From an uncultured Candidatus Rokubacteria bacterium (lineage in GTDB: Bacteria; Methylomirabilota; Methylomirabilia; Rokubacteriales; CSP1-6), in contig CAVWFS010000003.1 in the NCBI GenBank assembly GCA_963754315.1, positions 1-64,000 on the forward strand: a DNA stretch of 64,000 bases, given 5' to 3'. Below the pieces are notes generated by a model. That model was not told the origin of the DNA and did no database searches. It was given only the letters and a program-made list of their open reading frames with translations. Below, in pieces: positions 9,366 through 18,291 of the stretch (its first letter is position 1; the number at the start of each line of letters is the position of its first letter). The position numbers and the translations under genes are program-made.

Positions 9366-9996
9366 GATCATCCGCGCCTACGACGATCCGATCGTGCGCG
9401 CCTATTGCTGGGCTCGCTTCTGGATCTTGCGCCAGCGGTTTCTCGACGAGATCGGGCAATATCTGCCCACGGCGGGACCGGTGCTCGACATCGGGTGCGG
9501 ATTCGGACTCTTCTCCCTCTACTACGCGCTGACGGGGCCAGGGCGCATTCTGCGCGGCAGCGACCTCAGCGCGCGCCGGTTGCAGATGGCCCGACGGGCT
9601 GCGGCCCGCCTGGGTGCGGACAACGTGGTCTATGAGCAAGGCGACGCGCGCGACTTCAAGGGAGACGGCGAGGTGGCGGCTGCCTATATGCTCGACATCG
9701 TCCACCACATCCCACCCGTCACGGTCCCGCCTCTCTTGAGCGCGTTGCATCGCTGCCTTCAGCCGGGCGGCTATCTCCTGGTCAAGGACGTGGACACGCA
9801 GCCGGCGGCCAAGCGGTGCTTCACCTGGCTTCTCGATCGTCTGATGGCGCCGACCGCCCCGGTGCATTACTGGCCGGCGGAGACGTTGGCCTCGACATTG
9901 GAACGGACCGGCTTCCGTGTCCGCCGTCACCTCATGGTGGACGTCCTGCCCTATCCCCACGTGCTCTACATCTGCGAGAAACGAGCGGCGACCTGA
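9343..9996 (+). CDS. Class I SAM-dependent methyltransferase
   Basis: VLDIGCGFG, LDIVHHI, LQPGGYLLVKD; overlaps the upstream gene end. Confidence 0.9.
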   Translation: MRSDAIRKIIRAYDDPIVRAYCWARFWILRQRFLDEIGQYLPTAGPVLDIGCGFGLFSLYYALTGPGRILRGSDLSARRLQMARRAAARLGADNVVYEQGDARDFKGDGEVAAAYMLDIVHHIPPVTVPPLLSALHRCLQPGGYLLVKDVDTQPAAKRCFTWLLDRLMAPTAPVHYWPAETLASTLERTGFRVRRHLMVDVLPYPHVLYICEKRAAT

Positions 9997-10032
9997 CCCT
10001 ACTGTTCTATCGAGGCGGCGAAGCTGCGGTGG

Positions 10033-10848
10033 CTAGCGACGTCGACGGAGACGGTCGGCCACCCGTTCGCGCAGGGTGCGGACATCGGCCGGGAGCGCAT
10101 GCCCCCACTTGTTCACGAAGCGCCCGAGCGCCTCGCGCCGCTGCGCAAGATCCTGGGCGGCCGCGACCGGCGCTGCCGCTCCAGTACGGGTGCCGCCGCC
10201 TCGGTGAGCGAAGGGAGCGTTGACCACGGCGCACCGATACCCCGCCGCCCGCACGGCGAGGGATAGGTCACGATCGTAGCCGTGAAAGAAGCCGTAGTCT
10301 TCGTCGAAACCGCCGACCTCGTGAAGCAGCGCGCGAGAGATGAACAGACACACGCCGTCCACGGCCGCCACCTCGACCATGGGTCGGCGCAGGGTGGGGC
10401 CCTCGGCCAGGCAGTGCACGATGCTGCGTCCGGCGTAGCGGCCGTTCCGGCGGAGGCGCCGGGCCCCGTAAAGACCCGCCAGCCCCACGCGGGTTTCCGA
10501 GGTCAGGGCACTGTCCAATTTGTCGAGCCAGGAGGAGTCGAACATCTCGGTGTCGTTGTGCAGGAAGCACAGGCGGTCCCCGCCTGCGAGGCGCGCTCCC
10601 TGATTGAGGGCGCGGATGAGTCCGACGTTCTCGGTGTTGCGATGGTATCGCAGGGGCGGCGCCCCGGACCAGTGAGCGAAGTCAGACTCTGTCTCGTCGC
10701 CGGACGCATTATCGACGACACAGAGCTCGAAGGGCCGCCCCGTCTGGCGAAGGCTCTGCACGCAGGCCCGCGTGAGCGCGCTCTGGTTGTGGACGACCAG
10801 GATGACGCTGATGGTCGCAGACGAGCCGGCCGGCGACACAATCACCAT
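10033..10848 (-). CDS. Glycosyltransferase family 2
   Basis: ISVILVVHN, VVDNASGD, ALNQGA, FLHNDT, VGGFDEDY, YDRDLS. Confidence 0.9.
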   Translation of the reverse strand: MVIVSPAGSSATISVILVVHNQSALTRACVQSLRQTGRPFELCVVDNASGDETESDFAHWSGAPPLRYHRNTENVGLIRALNQGARLAGGDRLCFLHNDTEMFDSSWLDKLDSALTSETRVGLAGLYGARRLRRNGRYAGRSIVHCLAEGPTLRRPMVEVAAVDGVCLFISRALLHEVGGFDEDYGFFHGYDRDLSLAVRAAGYRCAVVNAPFAHRGGGTRTGAAAPVAAAQDLAQRREALGRFVNKWGHALPADVRTLRERVADRLRRRR

Positions 10849-10984
10849 GTCGTCAGGGGTCAGACGCCGTTTCCACCGGAGTGCCACCTCGCTCGCCGGA
10901 GAGATCGTGGCAGGTCGCCGCCGGACCCGCAACCCGTATAGTATCGATCACATAACGCATCACGATACCTCGACGGAGGTGACC

Positions 10985-11449
10985 ATGAAGCCACTCGCAT
11001 GGATGCTGGGGCTCGTCACGATCGTTGCCTGCGGTGCCGGGCCAGCCGCGGCGCAGGACACTGGCAAGAAATTCAATGACGCTGCCTTCATGGGCTACGA
11101 AGGCACGCAGACGTGGCCGACGGGGGAGGGGGCCCAGATCGTCTCGGACTTTGCGGTGCCCATCTACTTCGGCCTGCCCAATCGGCCCTACAGGGTTCTC
11201 GGCCGCGTATACGACGACCGCACTACCGGCGTAGGGGTGATGACCCGCGCCTTTGCCCATATTTTCTCGGAGCGGGATCGTCAGCGCGATGCCGCCGATC
11301 AGGCGAAATTCCGCGGGGGCGACGCCCTCGTCGTCACCAACGATGAGCGGGTCATCAAGGCCCTCGGCCTCACCAGGGACGATGTCGCCAAGACGGCCCC
11401 GCTCTTCGAGCACAAGGACAGCGTTGCCTTGGTCGTCAAGTTCCATTGA
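10985..11449 (+). CDS. Exported hypothetical protein
   Basis: GGAGGTGA RBS and signal peptide MKPLAWMLGLVTIVACGAGPAAA. Confidence 0.75.
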   Translation: MKPLAWMLGLVTIVACGAGPAAAQDTGKKFNDAAFMGYEGTQTWPTGEGAQIVSDFAVPIYFGLPNRPYRVLGRVYDDRTTGVGVMTRAFAHIFSERDRQRDAADQAKFRGGDALVVTNDERVIKALGLTRDDVAKTAPLFEHKDSVALVVKFH

Positions 11450-11835
11450 GGCTGCTTCGACTGACCCTGCTCATCACGCTGATCGCCGGCTGCCAGACCA
11501 TCGCCAATGTGCCGCCCGGCGCCGGCAAGAAGGAGGTGGTCGAAGGCCACACCTACGACCAGGTATGGGGCGCCGCCTATCAGGTGGCCGCCAAGCATCT
11601 CGTGGTCAAAGAGCAGGACAGGGCGGCCGGCAGAATCCTGGCCGAGGAGCCGATCAGCGTGTGGTCGTACGGGGCGTGGGTCGGCATTTACATCACGCCG
11701 ACCACGCCCGGCGCTCGGGCCTACACGGTCGAGGTGGTGTCGCGCAAGAGAGTGGCGTCCGACATCGGAGTGCCGGACTGGGAAACGAAGATGCTGAGCG
11801 ACGTGCAGGTCGCGCTGCGACCCGGCGGGTCGTGA
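11446..11835 (+). CDS. Putative lipoprotein
   Basis: Lipobox LIAGC after a hydrophobic stretch; TTGA start/stop overlap with the upstream gene. Confidence 0.7.
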   Translation: MRLLRLTLLITLIAGCQTIANVPPGAGKKEVVEGHTYDQVWGAAYQVAAKHLVVKEQDRAAGRILAEEPISVWSYGAWVGIYITPTTPGARAYTVEVVSRKRVASDIGVPDWETKMLSDVQVALRPGGS

Positions 11836-11842
11836 AAGGATT

Positions 11843-11918
11843 TGGTGGAGCTGAGGGGGCTCGAACCCCTGACCCCAAGACTGCCAGCCTTGTGCTCTCC
11901 CAACTGAGCTACAGCCCC
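11843..11918 (-). tRNA. tRNA-Ala(GGC)
   Basis: GGGGCTG/CAGCTCC acceptor with G3:U70, anticodon loop CT-GGC-AG, TTCGA loop, encoded CCA; 76 nt. Confidence 0.97.
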
Positions 11919-11931
11919 ACCGCGAAGGGTC

Positions 11932-11960
11932 ACGTTACAGGCCCGTCCGCGCAGTGTCAA
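11932..11960 (-). promoter_or_regulatory. Sigma70 promoter of tRNA-Ala
   Basis: TTGACA-17 nt-TAACGT on the minus strand. Confidence 0.7.
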
Positions 11961-11998
11961 GGAACGGCCGGCGCCCCGAGAATGGTAGCTTTCGCTCC

Positions 11999-13186
11999 AT
12001 GAGGCGACCGAGACCGGTCATGCTGATGTCGCTGGTGGTGGCGACGGTGATCTGCCTCGGAGTCGTCCGGCCGGGCATCGCCCAAGTCTCGCTCGACGGG
12101 ATCCTCCAGAAATACCTGACCACCTACGATCTGCCTGCGCTGGCCGCCGCCGTGGTGAGAAACGGGAAGGTCGTGGCCGCTGGTGCGGTCGGTACCAGGC
12201 GAGTCGGTGCTCACATACCGGTGACGGCGCGCGACCGCTTTCACCTTGGCTCCGACACCAAGGCCATGACCGCGCTCCTGGCCGCCATCCTCGTCGAGGA
12301 GGGCAAGCTCCGCTGGACCTCCTCGATCGCCGAGGTGTTCCCGGAGTTAGCCGACCGCATGGATCCCGGACTGCGACGGGTAACCCTCGAGCAGCTCCTC
12401 TCGCACACGAGCGGCATCCCCAGCGATAACCAGACCTTCGCTGACATCCTGGCCAAGGCGGCGACCCAGGCGGGCAACCTCGACGACCTGCGGTACTTCA
12501 TCGTGAGGGAGTGGAGCACGCAGCCCCTGCAGTCGGAGCCAGGCACGACATTCGCGTACTCGAACATGGGCTACACGCTCGCTGGCACGATGCTCGAGCG
12601 CGCCGGTGGCAAGACGTGGGAAGAGCTGGTCACCGAGCGCGTTTTCAAGCCGCTCGGCCTGACGTCCGCCGGCTTCGGCCCGCAGGCGACGCTAGGCAAG
12701 GTCGACGCGCCGCTGGGGCATGCCGTGGTCGACGGCAAGCTCAAGCCATTCCTGGCCGGTCCCGACGGCGACAATCCTCTCGTGCTGGGCCCGGCCGGCA
12801 CCAGTCACATGTCGGTTCTCGACTTCGCGCGGTGGGCCGCCTGGAACGCCGGCCAGGGACGGCGGGGCCCCAAGCTGGTGCGGCCCGACACGCTCCGCAA
12901 GCTCCACACGCCCGTGATTTCCATGCCGGAGAGGCCCACGTCCGCGCCCGGGACACCCGCCCGGGGGAAGTACGCGCTCGGCTGGGGTGAGGTTGTGTTT
13001 TCCTGGTCACCGGAGCCGTTCCTCTTTCACGGCGGCTCCAACCAGAAAAATCTGGCCTACATCCTGCTGCAGCCGCGGCACGACTTCGGCATGGTCCTGA
13101 TGACAAATATCTCGGGGCCGAAAGCGGACCAAGCCCTGCAGGCGCTAGCGGAGGAGCTCTACCGGAGTTACGGGGGCCGGCGGTGA
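11999..13186 (+). CDS. Serine hydrolase, beta-lactamase class C-like family, exported
   Basis: FHLGSDTK (SxxK), LLSHTSG, FAYSN (YxN), FHGGS; signal peptide. Confidence 0.9.
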   Translation: MRRPRPVMLMSLVVATVICLGVVRPGIAQVSLDGILQKYLTTYDLPALAAAVVRNGKVVAAGAVGTRRVGAHIPVTARDRFHLGSDTKAMTALLAAILVEEGKLRWTSSIAEVFPELADRMDPGLRRVTLEQLLSHTSGIPSDNQTFADILAKAATQAGNLDDLRYFIVREWSTQPLQSEPGTTFAYSNMGYTLAGTMLERAGGKTWEELVTERVFKPLGLTSAGFGPQATLGKVDAPLGHAVVDGKLKPFLAGPDGDNPLVLGPAGTSHMSVLDFARWAAWNAGQGRRGPKLVRPDTLRKLHTPVISMPERPTSAPGTPARGKYALGWGEVVFSWSPEPFLFHGGSNQKNLAYILLQPRHDFGMVLMTNISGPKADQALQALAEELYRSYGGRR

Positions 13187-13203
13187 TAGTCAGCGTTCAG
13201 AGA

Positions 13204-13290
13204 TGGTGCCGGCGAGGGGAGTCGAACCCCTACGCCCTTGCGGACACCGCATTTTGAGTGCGGCTCGTCTGCCAGTTTCGACACGCCGGC
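13204..13290 (-). tRNA. tRNA-Leu(CAA), copy 1 (canonical)
   Basis: GCCGGCG/CGCCGGC acceptor, CCGCA-CT-CAA-AA-TGCGG anticodon arm, long variable arm, AGGGG/CCCCT T stem, CCA; 87 nt. Confidence 0.96.
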
Positions 13291-13331
13291 ACGCAACACA
13301 AGCATACTCTCACGTGTACCCTCGAAACGGA

Positions 13332-14165
13332 ATGGTTCAGCCTTCTTTCGCTTGCGGTGAGGCAGGGAAGGTCCGGCGCGATAGTACAGCCAGCTGGAGG
13401 AGGCAGATCGATTCGCGCTTGGCATAGCGAAGATGCCAGATCGGCCGGCGGTCGAATGCGTGGCGTGCTTTGTTTCGATGCCAGGCTGCTGCTGACGATC
13501 GCGCGCACTTCGTCCTGAGCACACGCATAACGGTCGGTGTCATCACGACGGACGGGTGCCTCGCGCGGGAGGGCGGTACATCGTAGCTCTTCGTCCAAAG
13601 ACGTGGATCTGTTGAACCAGGATTCGATCACTGCCTCCGGCTCGATGCAGCCATCGCGCCATATCGCAGCGGTACTGGTCGCATCTGCTATCGTCTGCAG
13701 TGGGGCGACCGCCGGTTTCACGAATGCCTGGTGGGTATCGGCCTTATGCCCGCCATAGACTTTTTGTCTCGGCCCCTTGGCCATTCCTGCGGTGTGGATG
13801 CCTGGTTTTGTTCGCGGAGTGCATCGACGGGGATGGAGCGATTACGAGTCTACTGCGATCGCCATCATGCGACGAAGAACGAGAAGTATGTGTACGAGCG
13901 CCTGTACGTGAGCCTCGTTTCGGCGAGCTCCCCGTTCATCGAGTGGATGCGAGTCGCGGTTCGAGCGGGGAACTGGCTCGAGGCGGATCCATCGCCAAGA
14001 ACATTTCGCAAGGGCAGGAGGCCGGTAGCTGGGGCCTCGCCTATGCCGAGCGCGAATCGCATTCGGTACTTCGCTGGATTGAGGTAGATCGGCTCGCTCA
14101 GCGTATGCTCGTCATCGGGAGTGCGACGGAGAGCACGTGGAAATCGTTTTCTTCGCAGCTTCGAG
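13332..14165 (+). pseudogene. Two-motif LAGLIDADG homing endonuclease (free-standing), heavily frameshifted in this sequence
   Basis: Stitched across frames: VGVITTDGCL (13533-13562, motif 1), SSKDVDLL, YRLQWGDRRFHECLVGIGLMP (from 13689), LGPLAIP, FVRG/CIDGDGAI (13807-13843, motif 2), VYCDRHHATKNEKYVYERLYVSLVSASSPFIEWM, WGLAYAERES..VLRWI. Ends approximate. Confidence 0.8.
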
Positions 14166-14187
14166 TCATGGTATGCTCGGCACTGGC

Positions 14188-14279
14188 GCCGAAGTGGTGG
14201 AACTGGTTAGACGCCGGCGGGCTCAAAATCCTGCGCGCACCGTAAGGGTGTGCGGGTTCGACTCCCGCCTTCGGCACCA
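14188..14279 (+). tRNA. tRNA-Leu(CAA), copy 2 (92 nt, irregular D and anticodon arms)
   Basis: GCCGAAG/CTTCGGC acceptor, CT-CAA-AA loop, GCGGG/CCCGC T stem, CCA. Anticodon stem pairs only with a bulge, GCGGG/TCC(T)GC. TGGTATGCT extended -10 lies upstream. Confidence 0.8.
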
Positions 14280-14283
14280 TTTT

Positions 14284-15471
14284 TCAGACCGCCGCCAGCA
14301 CCTGGCCCGCGAGGGCACACAGGACCACCACCAGCCACGGCGGCGCCTTCCAGAACATGAGCAGGGCGAACGCGGCGAGGGCGATGACGACGTCGGCGCG
14401 GGTGGCGACCGCGCTCGTCCACACGGGGTGGTAAAAGGCGGCGAGCAGGATTCCCACGACGGCCGCGTTGATTCCCCTGAGGGCACTCTGAAAGTCCGAG
14501 CGCCTGCGCAGGGCGTCCCAGAACGGAAGGACGCCCACGACCAGCAGGAACGAGGGCAGGAAGATCGCGACCAGGGCCAGCGCGGCCCCGGCCACGCCGT
14601 TGGGGGCAGATCGCATGACGGCGCCCAGGTAGGCAGCGAAGGTGAGAAGAGGGCCGGGCACTGCTTGGGCGGCGCCGTAGCCAGCAAGAAACTGTTCATC
14701 GGTGACCCACCCCGGCGGCACCACCTCGACCTGCAGGAGCGGAAGCACGACGTGGCCACCGCCGAACACGAGCGATCCTGCCCGGAAGAAACTATCGGCG
14801 ATGGCAAGGGCGTGGTTCGCCGTCAGAGATCGCCCGACCGGAAGCGCCACGAGGAGCGTGAAGAAGATCGCTAACGAGCAGACGCCAAGGCGGCGGGAGA
14901 TCTGCACGGGCTCGTGTGATGTTCCAGGGCCCGTGCTGGCGGACAAGAGCCACCAGCCGACGAGCCCGGCTGCCACGATGATCCCCACCTGTACGGGCGC
15001 GACGGGTGCGGCCAGCGCGACCATCGCCGACGCGATGGCCATGGTTCCCCGCTCGCGGTCAGGAGCCAGCGAGCGCGCCATGCCCCACAGGGCCGTCGCC
15101 ACCACCGCGACCGCCGCCAGCTTCAACCCGTGGAGCCAGCCAACGTCGGTAAACCCGACTTGCTTCAGCGCGTAGGCGAACACGACCAAAACGATCGCCG
15201 ACGGTAAGGTAAAGCCGAGCCAGGCAGCCAGGCCGCCCAGGAGGCCCGCCCGGGTGATCCCGATGGCGATTCCCACCTGGCTGCTGGCCGGGCCGGGCAG
15301 GAACTGGCAGAGGGCTACCAGGTCCGCGTACGTCTCGTCGTCGAGCCACTTCCGCCGATGAACGTACTCGTCGCGAAAGTATCCGAGATGCGCGATGGGG
15401 CCGCCGAACGAGGTCAGGCCGAGCCGGGTGGCCGCGGAGAGAACCTCGAGGGTGCGGACGAGGTTAGGCAT
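14284..15471 (-). CDS. chrA: Chromate efflux transporter (CHR family, long chain)
   Basis: LGLTSFGGP, LCQFLPGPASSQ, VFGGGHVVLP and AQAVPGP motifs in two halves. Confidence 0.95.
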   Translation of the reverse strand: MPNLVRTLEVLSAATRLGLTSFGGPIAHLGYFRDEYVHRRKWLDDETYADLVALCQFLPGPASSQVGIAIGITRAGLLGGLAAWLGFTLPSAIVLVVFAYALKQVGFTDVGWLHGLKLAAVAVVATALWGMARSLAPDRERGTMAIASAMVALAAPVAPVQVGIIVAAGLVGWWLLSASTGPGTSHEPVQISRRLGVCSLAIFFTLLVALPVGRSLTANHALAIADSFFRAGSLVFGGGHVVLPLLQVEVVPPGWVTDEQFLAGYGAAQAVPGPLLTFAAYLGAVMRSAPNGVAGAALALVAIFLPSFLLVVGVLPFWDALRRRSDFQSALRGINAAVVGILLAAFYHPVWTSAVATRADVVIALAAFALLMFWKAPPWLVVVLCALAGQVLAAV

Positions 15472-15488
15472 CGATAGACTGCGTGAGT

Positions 15489-16063
15489 ATGGCGGATAGC
15501 ATTCGGTCGATCCAGGTCGGCGACCCGCTCCCCGCGGTCCAGGTGAGGACGGCGTCGGGCGAACCGGTTGATCTGCGCACATGGCGCGGTCGGCCCGCTC
15601 CTCCTCGTGTGCATCCGGTACTATGGCTGAATTCCCTGCCTGGACTATCTCGCGCAGGTGCGCGAGGCCTATCCGGCCATACGACGCGCTCGGTGCCCGC
15701 GTCGCCGCGGTGGGAACAGGGGCCGACTTCCAGGCCCGCCGACTCATGGACGAGGGCATGCCCTTTCCCTGCCTGGTCGATCCCGAAGCGCTACTCTACC
15801 GGGTGCTGGGTCTCGGTCAGGTTGGGCCACGCTTGCTTCTCGATCCAAGCACCTACGCGAACTACTGGCGGGCGTGGCGGCGTGGGGCGCGGCAGGGGCG
15901 GGTCACCGGCGACCCGCGGCGCCTGTCCGGGGTGGCCATCCTCGACGCCGAGAGTCGCCTGCGCTGGCGCTACCGGGCGACGACGATCGGCGACTATCCG
16001 CCCATCTCTCGGGTGCTGGAAGAACTCCGCCGCGTCGCCGGCTCCGTCGCCGCCATGGAGTAG
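15489..16063 (+). CDS. AhpC/TSA (peroxiredoxin-like, SelL/PRXL2-type) selenoprotein with UxxC; two single-base frameshifts in this sequence
   Basis: IQVGDPLPAVQVRTASGEPVDL...VCIRYYG-TGA(15628)-IPCLDYLAQVREAY...LGARVAAVG...FPCLVDP...LYRVLGL...LRWRYRATTIGDYPP; frameshifts near 15600 and 15685. Confidence 0.75.
15649..15666 (+). promoter_or_regulatory. Candidate bacterial SECIS element
   Basis: CTCGCGC-AGGT-GCGCGAG perfect 7-bp hairpin; loop starts 25 nt after the in-frame TGA, with G in the second loop position. Confidence 0.65.
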
Positions 16064-16148
16064 AATCGGATGACCCGAGGAGACCGACCACGTCGGAGTC
16101 GGTCTGGAGGACCCTAAATGGCGGCGCGCACGGTGCCGGCTCACTGAA

Positions 16149-18291
16149 ATGGAGCGCTCATTCACCGAGGACGTCAAGCAGCTCGGCTATGGCGCCGGGC
16201 AGATCCTGCACGGCGAGGGCATCCTCGCCATCACCAAGGCGCTGCTGGAGTCCGGCGTGAGCTACGTGGGCGGCTACCCGGGAGCGCCCGTCTCGCATCT
16301 CATCGACGTGCTGGCTGACGCCAACGAGCCGCTCCTGAAGCCGATGGGAGTCTACTTCGAGCAGTCCGGCAGCGAGGCAGCCGCCGCTGCCCTGCTGGGG
16401 GCGTCGATCAACTACCCCATGCGCGGCGCGGCCACCTGGAAGTCCGTGGTAGGCACCAACGTGGCGTCCGATGCCCTCTCCCACGTTGCGTCGGCGGGGG
16501 TGATCGGGGGGGCGCTCATCGTGATCGGCGAAGACTACGGAGAAGGCGCTTCCATCCTCCAGGAGCGGACCCATTCCTCGGCGCTGAAATCGAGCGTGCC
16601 TCTCCTCGATCCGCGCAACACTCTGCCGTGCTTCCAGCGGTTCGTCCAGGAAGGGTTCGGCCTCTCGGAGGCGTGCCACGAGCCGGTCTTCTTCAGCATC
16701 CGCATCCGCGCCTGCCATCTGCGCGGCACCATGGTGTGTCGCGATAACGTCAAACCTGCGATCAGCCGGCTCTCTCCACTCGACACTCCAAGCTTCAGTA
16801 TCGAGCGCATCAACTTGCCGCCCTTCACCTACGCCATGGAGGCGATGAAATTCGAGGCGCGACTGCCGGCGGCCCGGCGCTACATCGTCGATCGCCAGCT
16901 CAACGAGGTCATCCCGGGGGCGGAAGACGAGGTCGGCATCGTCATGCAGGGTGGCCTGTGGAATACGACCCTGCGCGGGCTGGCGGCTCTTGGTGTCGCC
17001 GACGTCCACGGCCAGACGCCAATTCCGCACCTCATCCTCAATTGCCTGCACCCCCTCGTGCCCGAGGAGCTGCTCGGCTTTCTGCGCGGCAAGCGGCGCG
17101 TGCTGGTGGTCGAGGAAGGCATGCCGAACTACATCGAGCGCGAGCTGAAGGCCCTCGCCCACGAGGCGCGCTTGAACGTCGAGATCGCCGGCAAGGACGT
17201 GCTGTCGCCGGCCGGGGAGTACGTGCCCGCCGTCGTTCATCGGCGGGCTCCGGCGCTTCCTGACCGGGGCTGGCCTCCGCTCGGTGTCGACGATGGCCAT
17301 CGAGGAGCGCTACCAGGCGTTGACGGGCCATCAGGCGAAGCTCCGTCAGGTGCTCCCGCAGCCGGTGTCCAAGCGGCCGCCTTCGTTCTGCACGGGCTGT
17401 CCCGAGCGCCCGGTCTTCAGCGCCATGAAGATCCTCAAGCAGCAGGAGCCGTCGGTCGGGGATACGCATGTCGCGCACGATATCGGGTGCAGCACCTTTT
17501 CCACGCAGGCGCCCTTCCACGTCGGTAACTCCGTGCTCGGCTACGGCATGGGCCTCGCGTCTTCCAGCGCGGTGGCGCCGCTCTTCGGCAAGCGGGTCAT
17601 CTCGGTGATGGGCGACGGCGGCTTCTGGCATAACGGCCTCACCAACGGCGTGGCCAACGCCGTCTACAACAAGCAGGATTCGGTGCTGGTGATCCTCGAC
17701 AACTTCTACGCGGCGGCAACGGGTCAGCACCATGTGCCATCCACCGGGACCAACGCGCGGCGGGAACCGGTGCGCATGACCATCGCGCAGGCCCTCCAGG
17801 GACTGGGCGTCAAGTGGATCCGCACCGTGAATTCGTACCGGATCCCCGAGATGCTGAAGACCCTGCGGTCGGCGCTCACCACCAGCGAGCCAGGCTTGAA
17901 GGTGATCATCGCCAAGGGCGAGTGCCAGCTCGAGCGCCAGCGGCGCGAGCGGCCACGCCTGCGCAAGCTGGCGGCGGCCGGACAGACCGTAGTCCAACCT
18001 CGCTTCGGCATCGATCCCGACGTCTGTACGGGCGATCACTCCTGCATGCGCTTCAACGGCTGCCCATCGCTCACCCTGCGCGAGAACCCTGACCCGTTGC
18101 GAGACGATCCGATCGCCCATGTCGACGAGACCTGCGTCGGATGCGGGGTGTGCGGGGAGGTTGCGCACGCTGCCGTACTCTGTCCGTCCTTCTACGAGGT
18201 GCGGATGGTGAGGAACCCGAGTCGATGGACTCGCCTCGTGAGCGCCCTACGCATGACCGTCATCCGGCGCTTGGCGGGAGTCGGTGCCTAG
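16149..18291 (+). CDS. iorA: Indolepyruvate:ferredoxin oxidoreductase alpha subunit (frameshift near 17237)
   Basis: GGYPGAP, RPPSFCTGCPERP, DIGC, MGDGGFWHNG (TPP) and C-terminal ferredoxin motifs (CVGCGVCG). ORFs 16149..17528 and 17284..18291 join by removing one T. Confidence 0.9.

Noticed and set aside
11999..13186. Bona fide beta-lactam resistance gene
   Set aside because: SxxK/YxN with HGG fits the broad serine hydrolase family; no specific evidence of beta-lactamase activity.
13230..13784. 184-aa minus-strand ORF and other short ORFs between the tRNAs
   Set aside because: No recognisable motifs; overlaps a tRNA; explained as shadows of the plus-strand endonuclease relic.
13204..14279. 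Intron-split tRNA or prophage attL/attR pair
   Set aside because: Both tRNAs are full length, on opposite strands and dissimilar; no direct repeat of a tRNA 3' end and no integrase next to them.
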